This document shows, piece by piece, positions 10,527 to 19,954 of a stretch of 64,000 nt of DNA. The translations under genes and the position numbers were made by a program. The DNA is from a virus (lineage: Duplodnaviria; Caudoviricetes): the IMG/VR virus record IMGVR_UViG_3300028886_000045; one strand, given 5' to 3'. The notes beneath the pieces are model-generated. The model searched no databases, was not told the DNA's origin, and worked only from the letters and a program-made list of their open reading frames with translations. Position 1 is the stretch's first letter, and every line of letters begins with the position of its first letter.

Positions 10527-10877
10527 TTAGTCTCCATTCTGACTATTGACGAAACTATAAAGTCCATCCAAGTCACGGCTTGCATACTTCTTTTGTAAAG
10601 CCTCGACTATGCCACCAAAGCAATCCTTTAGGCTTTTCATATATTCGCGTCCATTATGATTTGTCCAATTTTCGCGATACCATTTGCCTTGATAGTTTCC
10701 GACCGTGAACGCATCACCGCCAAAAGCATCCACCATATAGTCGGCATAGAACCAATCACAATCCTTGCATTCTCTGATTTTTACAATGTTGAAAATACCG
10801 CGCTTTTTAAGCACCACGCTTACACTATTTGCAAAACTCTTGAATGATTCGTAGTCATTTACGATGATATACCCCAT
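10527..10877 (-). CDS. Hypothetical protein (paralog of 10998-11360)
   Basis: Shared MVDAFGGDA..VG..QGKWY.EN segment; own promoter and leader. Confidence 0.8.
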   Translation of the reverse strand: MGYIIVNDYESFKSFANSVSVVLKKRGIFNIVKIRECKDCDWFYADYMVDAFGGDAFTVGNYQGKWYRENWTNHNGREYMKSLKDCFGGIVEALQKKYASRDLDGLYSFVNSQNGD

Positions 10878-10885
10878 ATCTCGGT

Positions 10886-10911
10886 GGCTTTGTTATTCTC
10901 TTAGCCGTGAG
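10886..10911 (-). promoter_or_regulatory. Leader pseudoknot copy 2
   Basis: CUC AC GGCU AA GAG AAUAACAA AGCC; 8 nt to ATG. Confidence 0.85.
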
Positions 10912-10997
10912 TTCTAATCAGTTCTTTATTTACAATGCAAAGGTACGAAAAAGTTTTGAATTACGCAAATTTTTCACAAACTTTTTACCAACTTTTT

Positions 10998-11360
10998 TTA
11001 GTCTTCATTCTGACTATTGATAAAGTCGCAAAGTTCTTGTGTGTTGCGCACTTTGAATAGTTCTACCAAAGCATCTGAAACGCCATCAAAGCACTCCTCG
11101 AAACTATCCTTAAACTCGCGTTCTGTGCCTTTCGTGAAATTCTCACAATACCATTTGCCTTGCAAGCAACCTACCATATAAGCATCACCGCCAAAGGCAT
11201 CCACCATGAAACTTGCAAGAAACCAATCAAAATCCGCGTAATTGCGTGTCTTTACCATGTTGAAAACACCTTGCTTATTAAGCAACTTGCTAATAAGTGA
11301 TACGCTACACTTGAAATCCTCATAGTTTTCAACAGCCATATTCAAACCATTCAAATCCAT
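10998..11360 (-). CDS. Hypothetical protein (paralog of 10527-10877)
   Basis: Tandem duplicate with its own promoter and leader. Confidence 0.8.
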   Translation of the reverse strand: MDLNGLNMAVENYEDFKCSVSLISKLLNKQGVFNMVKTRNYADFDWFLASFMVDAFGGDAYMVGCLQGKWYCENFTKGTEREFKDSFEECFDGVSDALVELFKVRNTQELCDFINSQNED

Positions 11361-11369
11361 AAACCTTGT

Positions 11370-11395
11370 GACCTTGTTATCCTCTCGGTCGTGAG
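11370..11395 (-). promoter_or_regulatory. Leader pseudoknot copy 3
   Basis: CUC AC GACC GA GAG GAUAACAA GGUC; 9 nt to ATG. Confidence 0.85.
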
Positions 11396-11561
11396 TTCTA
11401 ATTGATTAACTTGTTTTCTTAATTACAATGCAAAGGTACGCATTTTTTTTGAAACTACCAAATATTTTACCAACTTTTTTTCAAAAAAAAATCATTTTTG
11501 TGTGTTTATTGCCAAAACCGCAAAAAAACACCCCCTTATTATAAGGGGATGCTTGAAATAT

Positions 11562-11867
11562 TTACTTTGCGCTCATTATATCCACAAACATCTTTGCAAG
11601 TTGCTTGTTTACTTCGTCAATCACCTCCTTTACGGCTGTGTACTGACCGCCCAATCTTTCAAGTGCCTTTTCAGCCTTTGCAACGTCTTCCAAGTTCTGT
11701 GCGAATAATTGCGCACCGCTTTCTACCAAAAGGTAACGCTTTTTCAGTTGCGCCAACTCCTTTTTAAGATACTTTACGTTAAGCATCTTACCTTCTTCTT
11801 TCATGAGGTTTTCGTAGAATGACTTCTTTTCGTTGTAGTACTCATTCTTGTATTCTCTAATCTTCAT
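11562..11867 (-). CDS. Coiled-coil hypothetical protein
   Basis: 101 aa; ATG 9 nt after the leader. Confidence 0.75.
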   Translation of the reverse strand: MKIREYKNEYYNEKKSFYENLMKEEGKMLNVKYLKKELAQLKKRYLLVESGAQLFAQNLEDVAKAEKALERLGGQYTAVKEVIDEVNKQLAKMFVDIMSAK

Positions 11868-11876
11868 ATCTTCTGT

Positions 11877-11902
11877 GGCTTTGTTATTCTCTTAGCCGTG
11901 AG
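11877..11902 (-). promoter_or_regulatory. Leader pseudoknot copy 4
   Basis: CUC AC GGCU AA GAG AAUAACAA AGCC; 9 nt to ATG. Confidence 0.85.
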
Positions 11903-12039
11903 TTCTAAAAGTTATTGTCGTTTCTTAATTACAATGCAAAGGTACGAAAAATATTTGAAACCACCAAATTTTTTGACAACTTTTTTCAAGAAAAGACACA
12001 AAAAAATCGTAAGGGTTCATTCCCCTACGATTTCTTCAC

Positions 12040-12993
12040 CTACAAACGCTTGAAACTTTCTATTTCTTCGTCTGTCATACCGAAATGCAAACCAAGCATT
12101 TCTATCTTATCATCCAACTCGCCCAACGCTTTCTTTCCAAAGTTTCGCAATTTCAAGAAATCCGTCTTATTATGTCTTACAACATCTTCTATTGTGTTGG
12201 CATCCGCATAATTAAGGCAATTCAGAACCCTAACGGAAAAGTTCATTTCCCTAACCCTTGTTTTCAGTAGTTGCACCTTTTCTATGTCATAGCCACTTAT
12301 AGCATATTCTGCCCTTGCGTTTTCGATTTTGACTTTATCCCCACGCTTTGCCAACTTTACCTTTTCACGCAACTCGTACTCGCAAAGCCTTTTCGCCAAC
12401 TTCTTTTGGTTCAGTTCCAAGGTGTGTATATGTTCCCTTTGTAGGATTGTCTTTCTTTTCAGTTCTTCACAACGCCTTTCCGTTTCTTGCAGTTCGCTAA
12501 TACGCTTTGATGCTTTCCGCAAAGTCTTAGCCAACCGAACCGTCATTAGTTGTCGTGATAGCCTCTGCAAACGCCTTGGGTTGTAGGTCTTTTGTGACGA
12601 AAAGAATTGTATCATCAAATCCATATAGTCATCATCAACCTTTATCCCCATGCCACTTATCACACTCATTAGGTCTTTCATCGCAGTCAGATAATAACCG
12701 CCCTTATCCCCCATAATCGCACGTTGCACCGACTGAATTTGTGCGTGATATTCATGGAGTTTCCGTGTTAGTTCTTCTCTGCTTTCCGCTATTGCATTAT
12801 CAAGTGTCGCAACCTCTTCGACCTTTGGCAGATTATCAAACATGGTTTCTTTGTCTATATACACCATGTTCCCAATCCGCTTTGTCTTGAAATAGCCCTT
12901 TTCTACATAGTTGGAAACCGTTTGGACTGAAACCCCCAATATATCCGCTACTTGCTTACGCCCTATATATGTAGCATTAATTGTTTTTGCCAT
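12040..12993 (-). CDS. HTH (excisionase/MerR-like) - coiled coil - RNA polymerase alpha C-terminal domain fusion
   Basis: N-term RKQVADILGVSVQTVSNYVEKG; C-term LLKTRVREMNFSVRVLNCL...FLKLRNFGKKALGEL...LGLHFGM; likely start MAKT at 12993. Confidence 0.85.
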   Translation of the reverse strand: MAKTINATYIGRKQVADILGVSVQTVSNYVEKGYFKTKRIGNMVYIDKETMFDNLPKVEEVATLDNAIAESREELTRKLHEYHAQIQSVQRAIMGDKGGYYLTAMKDLMSVISGMGIKVDDDYMDLMIQFFSSQKTYNPRRLQRLSRQLMTVRLAKTLRKASKRISELQETERRCEELKRKTILQREHIHTLELNQKKLAKRLCEYELREKVKLAKRGDKVKIENARAEYAISGYDIEKVQLLKTRVREMNFSVRVLNCLNYADANTIEDVVRHNKTDFLKLRNFGKKALGELDDKIEMLGLHFGMTDEEIESFKRL

Positions 12994-13797
12994 TCTTTCG
13001 CTTCTTTTTCCTTGCAAGGCGTTTCCGTTCATTGTAACGCGCACGCTCTTCGCTCGTCATGCTATCGTACCTTTCCTTTGCCTTGCGCTTGATTTCTTCT
13101 TTGTTCCTTTCGTAACGCCTTTTGTTATACGCCTTACGCTCCTCCTCCGACATAGCGGAATATGTAGCGTTTCCGTCATACCCCTTTTCCTTCTGCTTTA
13201 GATACACGGCATGACGATACAACCTTTTTTCCGTTGCTGACTTATTCGCCCTTCTTTCACGCGCCTTTTCCAACAACCTTTCCCTATTGGCTTCGTAGTA
13301 AGCCTTATTTAACTCCTTACGGTTTTTTTTCTGTTTCTGTGTCATTCTTTATCTGATTTTCCAACATCAGACGCAAAGCGGAAATATCGCTTTCCAACTC
13401 CGCGACCCTTTGCCGATTGTAACTTAAACTTGTTTGCTTTCCGCGTATCAAACGCCTTATCGCTTGCACTTTCTGCTTTTGGTCTTGGTTCATTATTCCT
13501 ATACCGAACCTTACACCATTTTCTTTTTCTGTTATCATATCTTAATTCTTAAAAGGTGGAACATCATTAACTATCGGTTTCTGTCGGCAAAATCCGCAAA
13601 GTCCCTTAGATAGTATTCACGCATTTTTTCCCCATGCTTCAACGCTATCCATTTTTTAGCAACCGCTAATGTTTCTTTACGCATATCTGCCAACAGACTC
13701 CTTACGTTGCTTGTGTGCACATAATAATCGCTATCTTTAGCATAGGTGCTTATCTCGTCCAAAGATTCAGCAACCTCTTCGATTCTGTTGTCTATGT

Positions 13798-14115
13798 TCA
13801 TGCCATATCCTTATAAACCATTCTAATCCAACACTTGACGATGACCTCGTTATGCTTGAAAACAGACTCCTTCTCTTGCTTGCTTAGATGGTATTCAACA
13901 AATTTGATTTCCTTAAAATCAATGTTTGTCGCAACCAAGACGAAAGCACCGTCTGAATTGCGGATGTAAAGGTTCGTTTCGCTGTTTGAATTACGGCTAA
14001 TGCAATGCAACTTGAAACATAAGTTTCCGTACTTATAGATGTGTGAAGCACTACCTTCGCGGTCTGAACACTTTACTACGCTGTAAATTGTTTCTACATC
14101 CTTCCAATTCTTCAT
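13798..14115 (-). CDS. Hypothetical protein (start revised to 14115)
   Basis: ATG 9 nt downstream of leader copy 5. Confidence 0.7.
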   Translation of the reverse strand: MKNWKDVETIYSVVKCSDREGSASHIYKYGNLCFKLHCISRNSNSETNLYIRNSDGAFVLVATNIDFKEIKFVEYHLSKQEKESVFKHNEVIVKCWIRMVYKDMA

Positions 14116-14124
14116 ATCTTTTGT

Positions 14125-14150
14125 GGTCTTTATATCCCCTTGACCGTGGG
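14125..14150 (-). promoter_or_regulatory. Leader pseudoknot copy 5
   Basis: CCC AC GGUC AA GGG GAUAUAAA GACC; 9 nt to ATG 14115. Confidence 0.85.
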
Positions 14151-14567
14151 GGTTAATATTCAACTTATTTTCTTAATCACAATGCAAAGGTACAAATATT
14201 TTTTGAATTACGCAAATTTTTTACCAACTTTTTTTTCAAAAAAATGGATTTTTCCTACTTTAGCAAAATTCAAGCGGTGTAAATTGTGCGTTTTTACGGC
14301 TTTTATATACTTTGTCCTACAACTTACCACCTTATTACATAATATGCTTTCATACGGCTTGTTTGTGGGTGCTTTCGGCTTATCTTACTCTTACACAATA
14401 AGGTCTTTGCTATATACCAAATACAAACGATTTAGGGGAAATCCCCCCTTAATTTCCCCTAATTTCCCATAATGTTCCTATACGCACCGCCTTGGCACAA
14501 AAAAATAGGGTGGCGTTTCACAACGCTACCCCATCCGTAAACCTAATGATTAACTAATATATTACTA

Positions 14568-15452
14568 CTAAAACTCAAACTCGTTCTCCAAGAACTCGAC
14601 CATAAGGCGGTTCATTGGTAGGACTTGTGGCATATCCAAAGTCTTCACTTTGTAAAGTTCGGTAGCCGAATCGTACAAGTCCCAAACCGAAAGCCTTTGT
14701 GCGCTTTCGTATCGCTTCAACAAGTCTTCTGTGTAAAGCGAAATCTGCGCTTGGTTAAGCGGATAATCGGGCGCACCCACAAAGTGTTTGCTATCATGCT
14801 TTACCCTTACGGCTGTAAGCATACCGATAAGCCTTAGTGTCTCGTCCGCTGTGACACTTATCTCCTTCATGCGTTCTATACGCTTGCGGTCTGTTTCGAC
14901 AATGTGACGCGCGTCAATCAGCCACGACTTAACCGTGTCTATCAGACTTGGTACGGATATTTTCTCGTTACCGTAGGTGCTCGCGTACTTATCCTTTGCA
15001 AGCATACATTGGTTGTGGCAGATTATTACGTTAGTGCCAAAACCGACTTGGATGCCCCTTTGATGGTATGCAACCGCCAAATTGGTTGTGTGCTCTTGTG
15101 TATCGAAATCCTTGATGCGGATATTCGCAAACACGCGCCTTAGTGTGTGCGCTTCAACGGCACGCTCGCCATACTGCTCCTCAAAGCGTGGGCAAAGTGT
15201 AACCCCCGGCGTTCTGCCATCTTTGTTCTGTGCCGCGAACAAATCCCATATCTCGGTTTCATAGCCGACCTCCTTTGACATTGCGCTTAAATCGTCAAGG
15301 AGTTGAAAATGGTATATACCAAAGTTAGGTAAGCCCGTATTGCCATCAATCTCCTTATAGGTCTTGCGCAACTGCTCCATAGTGATGTCTTGTACCTTAA
15401 CATCCTTGAAATCCAAAAACTGAGTACCGTTTGTAACTGAAAGATTTTCCAT
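14568..15452 (-). CDS. DUF932-like protein
   Basis: 294 aa; IQVGFGTNVIICHNQC and SVWDLYDSATE resemble the DUF932 pattern (from memory). Confidence 0.55.
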   Translation of the reverse strand: MENLSVTNGTQFLDFKDVKVQDITMEQLRKTYKEIDGNTGLPNFGIYHFQLLDDLSAMSKEVGYETEIWDLFAAQNKDGRTPGVTLCPRFEEQYGERAVEAHTLRRVFANIRIKDFDTQEHTTNLAVAYHQRGIQVGFGTNVIICHNQCMLAKDKYASTYGNEKISVPSLIDTVKSWLIDARHIVETDRKRIERMKEISVTADETLRLIGMLTAVRVKHDSKHFVGAPDYPLNQAQISLYTEDLLKRYESAQRLSVWDLYDSATELYKVKTLDMPQVLPMNRLMVEFLENEFEF

Positions 15453-15617
15453 ATCTAAAAAAGTTTAAGAAGTTAAAAAGTGGGGATGACTTACACCCCT
15501 ATCCCCTTGGGTGTTGAAATCGGTTTTGTTCTGATTTCTGATGCAAAGGTACAACAAATGTTTGACACTTGCAAATTTTTTACCAACTTTTTTTGTAATT
15601 TTCTTGAAATATCACAT

Positions 15618-15641
15618 TTTTGTAATGTGTAGTTTGCAAAA
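15618..15641. promoter_or_regulatory. 24-bp palindromic upstream site
   Basis: ttttgtaat gtgtag tttgcaaaa, 48 bp from the -33 box. Confidence 0.6.
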
Positions 15642-15710
15642 AGTTGGTATAATAACGCCTTACACCTTATTATAAATATATAAGGGGATGCTTTATGCAC
15701 CCCCCTATAT

Positions 15711-15944
15711 TCAAAGGACATACTTAAAAACGAGCCAATGTATAAGGTAGCCGACAATACATCCAAGGGTATCAAAACCCAAATCTACCCAACACCAATG
15801 ACCATAACCGTGCTTATCGTCATATTCCTTTGTTACGCTTGCACCTATCGCAATAGCCACGCCATGCGTACCAAGCAATAAAGATAGCAAAAAGCATACA
15901 CCAAAATGCTTAATGCTGTTTTTGTCAATGTGTTTTATCTGCAT
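15711..15944 (-). CDS. Small membrane protein
   Basis: DK...KHF + hydrophobic helices + KEYDD...WCWVDL. Confidence 0.65.
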   Translation of the reverse strand: MQIKHIDKNSIKHFGVCFLLSLLLGTHGVAIAIGASVTKEYDDKHGYGHWCWVDLGFDTLGCIVGYLIHWLVFKYVL

Positions 15945-15959
15945 AATAATAAAATTTAA

Positions 15960-16448
15960 TTAAAGTTTGAAATAATTTCGTATATCATATACCTTATCCT
16001 TATCTTTCAGTTTGTCAAGGGCGAGGTGATAAATGAAATCAAACATTCGTTCCCTATCCATTTCCACACCGCTTGCACTTAACATATTCATAATAGTATC
16101 ACTTGAATCTGAGGAAATCATACACATAGTGACAAATAAGGCGTTTTTGTTGTAACACGGCTCTTCGCATAACTGATAGCCGAATTTCCCAATCATTCCC
16201 TCCCATACCGTGCGCGTCCACGATGGTTTGGGCATCATTTCCGATACTATCCTATCCGCTTCACTATCCGTTAGGTAGTTGTGCCACTTCACGGATTGTA
16301 GCATATCGAGATATTCCCTTGCTTGTTGTGGGTAGTTGTCAATGAATTTGTGCATCATGCTTTTCGTGACTTTCCCCAAAACGTGCATTTTTTCTTCGTC
16401 TTCTGAATGTATGATATAATCGTACAAATTCTTAAATTCTTCCTTCAT
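15960..16448 (-). CDS. Conserved hypothetical phage protein
   Basis: W.NYLT..EA..IV..M.P and LALDKLKDKD motifs; third gene of a 3-gene cassette. Confidence 0.75.
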   Translation of the reverse strand: MKEEFKNLYDYIIHSEDEEKMHVLGKVTKSMMHKFIDNYPQQAREYLDMLQSVKWHNYLTDSEADRIVSEMMPKPSWTRTVWEGMIGKFGYQLCEEPCYNKNALFVTMCMISSDSSDTIMNMLSASGVEMDRERMFDFIYHLALDKLKDKDKVYDIRNYFKL

Positions 16449-16459
16449 GCCGTTTCCCC

Positions 16460-16999
16460 CTACTTGCTAAGTTTCTTTAATATCTCGTTCAATAACTTGT
16501 GCGTTTCCGCGCTTCCGTCCTCTAACTTCTTTATGCGGTTTTCCCATTCTTGTTTTTCCGCATATTCCGTATCAAGGAGGCTTATCAATGTCTTGCAGTC
16601 ATCTACTTTCTTCTGATTTCGTGGGACTTCTGTTTCCACGCTTTTCAAGTAGTCTTCTGCTTTCTTCAACGTGGCACGCAATTCGCGCACAATAGGCTCT
16701 TTGTCTGTTGCTACCAACGTAACCGCGCCCGTCTTTTCCGTTGGAAACATATAAGCCGTTATATCCACCGCGTCCGTGTAATTCTTTCCGTCAATGCAGT
16801 ATGTGACATCCACAACCGTCCTTGATGCTTGCACGCTTGGCGTTAGTGGGAACGTGTTCTGCTGTTGTTGCTGAACCTCTACCCTTTGTTGTCCTACCGT
16901 GACTACTGAACCCTCGGAATATAGGATTTCGTCACTTTTCTTTATTAGGGCATATATAGGACTGCCCACGGTCATATCCCTAAACAATACGTTGCTCAT
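16460..16999 (-). CDS. Hypothetical protein with C-terminal coiled coil
   Basis: 179 aa, middle gene of the cassette. Confidence 0.75.
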   Translation of the reverse strand: MSNVLFRDMTVGSPIYALIKKSDEILYSEGSVVTVGQQRVEVQQQQQNTFPLTPSVQASRTVVDVTYCIDGKNYTDAVDITAYMFPTEKTGAVTLVATDKEPIVRELRATLKKAEDYLKSVETEVPRNQKKVDDCKTLISLLDTEYAEKQEWENRIKKLEDGSAETHKLLNEILKKLSK

Positions 17000-17089
17000 A
17001 GTTTATACCCCCTATCTTCTTATACTTTCCAAGGTGGTAGTTTTTACACTACCCCCTCGGATTGCATTATATACAGATATTACACACGT

Positions 17090-17893
17090 TTACTGACCAC
17101 CTGTTTGCGCGGTTGTCTTTGCGACACCACCATAGGCACTAAAGAATGATTGCAGTTGGTACTTTAGATTCTGTACCTCTTGCGCTATCGGTGCTATCGC
17201 TGCCGATGTTCCTTGCTGTGTCCTTATCAAGTCGAGTTCTGTCTGTAAGCGTTGCTTATCCGCTACCACATCTTGATAGCGTGAATTTTCCCACGCTTGA
17301 CGGAAACTTGCCACCTCTGCGCGAACCAAACCACTTTCAGCCCTCATGACTGTTGACAAATCGTTTGTCTGATTGATGGTTTCTATGCGCCCTTGATAAC
17401 CTTGTTCAAGAATCTGCTTTTGGGTCGCACAACAACAGTCCTTGAGTTGCTGTATAAGGTTGAGGTTTCCAAGGTTGATTGCATTTGTAACCCCTGCGAA
17501 TCCCATGCCGTTTTGCGCACCAAGTTGGTTGATGCTATTGGTGATATTCGCAATAGCGGCAGACAAAGCGTTATAATTCACGTTGAGGCTCTGTGACAAC
17601 TGACTGATTGCAAACGTATTGCCTTGAATTGCTTCACGCGCCCACTCGTTGTTATTGTTATCGTTAATCTGCGCTTGCAGACTATTCAACTTGTTTTGGG
17701 TTTCTATGTCAAGTGCTGCCGTACCGACACCGCCTCTGTTAGCATAGTTCCCAAATGCACCGCCACCGAACAAAGCCAGCATAACCAAATACATCCAAGG
17801 ATTATTGTTAGCCATAGCCATAGCAGTAGCCGAATCCATACCTCCGCCATTTCCGATAATTGGCAGAATGTTGATACCTTCCTTTTCGTTCAT
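17090..17893 (-). CDS. Gly-rich TM + long N/Q-rich coiled-coil protein with CCC motif
   Basis: NNPWMYLVMLALFGGG, LKDCCCATQ, heptad repeats. Confidence 0.8.
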   Translation of the reverse strand: MNEKEGINILPIIGNGGGMDSATAMAMANNNPWMYLVMLALFGGGAFGNYANRGGVGTAALDIETQNKLNSLQAQINDNNNNEWAREAIQGNTFAISQLSQSLNVNYNALSAAIANITNSINQLGAQNGMGFAGVTNAINLGNLNLIQQLKDCCCATQKQILEQGYQGRIETINQTNDLSTVMRAESGLVRAEVASFRQAWENSRYQDVVADKQRLQTELDLIRTQQGTSAAIAPIAQEVQNLKYQLQSFFSAYGGVAKTTAQTGGQ

Positions 17894-18011
17894 TTTTTTC
17901 GATTTTTACAAGTTACACAATTAAATTAATTACCACTTCGATTAGCCAATCTTACGTTTTCCTATATAGTATTTTATCAAGGTCTGTGTTTTTCCGATAC
18001 TTTGATTATGT

Positions 18012-18263
18012 TTATTCCTTTTTGAAAATCTCAGTCTCATTAAATTCTAAAGGCTTTATATCCTTCTGTCTATCCAACATCTTCTCGAAGCATTGCAACA
18101 TTGCGCTTGGATTATCTACCGCATTCGGTATTTCCGCGTCCCCCATTACATAAGCCTCTATCTTTTTTGCGTTAGTCACCAAAGATTTTGTGTTTTTGGA
18201 ATACCCTTTTGCCATCATAACAGCAAAGGCTCGTAACGCTACTTTGTTTGTAATTGCTATCAT
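18012..18263 (-). CDS. Hypothetical protein
   Basis: 83 aa downstream of a -7 box at about 18329. Confidence 0.65.
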   Translation of the reverse strand: MIAITNKVALRAFAVMMAKGYSKNTKSLVTNAKKIEAYVMGDAEIPNAVDNPSAMLQCFEKMLDRQKDIKPLEFNETEIFKKE

Positions 18264-18489
18264 AATAAATTTATTAAAGGTTATATACTCGCATTTTCAC
18301 GCATATGCGTGTTTGTGTTTTTCTATGTTGCAAAGATAACAATACTTTTCCTAACCGCAACATTCCTAATGCTAACTTGTTTCATCTTGTTTTAAGTGAA
18401 TCTTTATCTTACGAAAGCAAAGAAATAGGGCGCAAAACTGAAACTATATCAGCCCTACGCCCTTTCGTGTCTTTATGATAATAGATTAT

Positions 18490-19641
18490 TTAGCCTTCTA
18501 TCGGTATCAATTCCATTTCTTCCAACTTAAAAGGCTTTGTTGGCACGAAATTTTCAGATACCCAAACGAAATCCTTATAAGAACTAAAGTAATTTCTTAC
18601 AAAGGTCTTCTTTCGTTCTTCGTTTTCATCTTTCGCGCCATTGGTAGGATTGTAGATAAACTCTGCCCACGGATATTCCTTTGACAATTCCTCATCCGCA
18701 TCACCCAAAACCAAGAAACGATACCTAAAAGTACAATTCTTTTTCCAAGCATCCAAACGCTTTCTAAGACTATCGCCATTTGAATACTTTGAAGAATAGA
18801 GCGTTGCAACCAAAGCCTCGTTACGCACCGCCCTTATATACTCTTCTTTTCTGTCTGCCATATCGGGATTAATCGTGAAGAAGAAATCCAAATGCGTATC
18901 TATTCGCGTCTGACAACCCCTTGTTTCCTTCTTCCACAGATACTCCTCCAATGACCTTGTAATATAGTGCTTGATATATATGTGGCTGTATGTAGGCAAA
19001 AACGACTGAAACGCAAAATCCGTGTTGCACCATTTACATTGATGCGTGGCGCGGTGTTGGCTGTAAAAATACCCTTGCTTGTAGGTGTGCATATTGTAGC
19101 AAGCCTTAATCAAAGCCGTAGGCATATCCAACACAATACCTTTCATCTTTTCGGTATATGTTCCCACCACGCCCTTGTCACCATAGTTAGGCTTGTGGAC
19201 ATATCCGTTTGCACCATAACACTCCCATTGCATAGAAAAGGCTTCGTAGTCTTTGAACAAATCCAAAACCCCATCCAATGTTTCCCCATCTTGCAAAGCC
19301 AAAAACTCGTCATTGTCTATAATGAAACACCAATCAATTTCCTTGTGGTATTTCTTGATATAATCCAATCCGACATTAAAATACAAATGTTGCGGATTGC
19401 ACCCCCTTGTAGTCTTTAGGTGTAAAGCCATCTTAAAGGATTCTTCGTTTAGGAACTCCCTCGCGTTTACCAATTCCACCTTATCACCGAATTTGTCGGT
19501 TATATCCTTGTGGCTTTCGCTGTCATAGTCTTCAATAATGCAAATGTAATCAATACCAAAATCCAAATGGTACTTTATCCATTCTTCCAAATATTCGCGC
19601 TCATCCTTAATGGCTGTCAAAATACATGATTTATAACCCAT
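18490..19641 (-). CDS. Glycosyltransferase (GT2-like / GT92-like)
   Basis: IKDEREYLEEWIKYHL..G, WCFIIDNDEF (DxD), IKHYITRSLEEY. Confidence 0.85.
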   Translation of the reverse strand: MGYKSCILTAIKDEREYLEEWIKYHLDFGIDYICIIEDYDSESHKDITDKFGDKVELVNAREFLNEESFKMALHLKTTRGCNPQHLYFNVGLDYIKKYHKEIDWCFIIDNDEFLALQDGETLDGVLDLFKDYEAFSMQWECYGANGYVHKPNYGDKGVVGTYTEKMKGIVLDMPTALIKACYNMHTYKQGYFYSQHRATHQCKWCNTDFAFQSFLPTYSHIYIKHYITRSLEEYLWKKETRGCQTRIDTHLDFFFTINPDMADRKEEYIRAVRNEALVATLYSSKYSNGDSLRKRLDAWKKNCTFRYRFLVLGDADEELSKEYPWAEFIYNPTNGAKDENEERKKTFVRNYFSSYKDFVWVSENFVPTKPFKLEEMELIPIEG

Positions 19642-19751
19642 TTCTTCAATTTTTTTAAGTGTTTTAATGAAAGTCCGTCAAATTATAGAAACTTGACGAA
19701 CTTTCGGTTTAAGAAAAAATCACCCCCTCCTTGTTAAATGTTACCTACTTC

Positions 19752-19919
19752 TTAACTTCCGTGTATTACGGTCGCTGGTGTGTAGTGTACGTTGGAAACC
19801 TCAAAGTTCCCATTGCCATCATCACTACCAACTATTGAAACATTTGGTGTTACGAACTCCTCGCCCGAAGCAAATTCTTCGTAATCGTACTCAGACTCAA
19901 AAATTTTCAAATACTTCAT
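19752..19919 (-). CDS. Small protein (55 aa), below the ORF-track cut-off
   Basis: Hand translation MKYLKIFESEYDYEEF...PNVS...; follows the fibre gene. Confidence 0.6.
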   Translation of the reverse strand: MKYLKIFESEYDYEEFASGEEFVTPNVSIVGSDDGNGNFEVSNVHYTPATVIHGS

Positions 19920-19954
19920 TTTCTTCTTGCTTTTAATATTAAACTATCTTTTTC

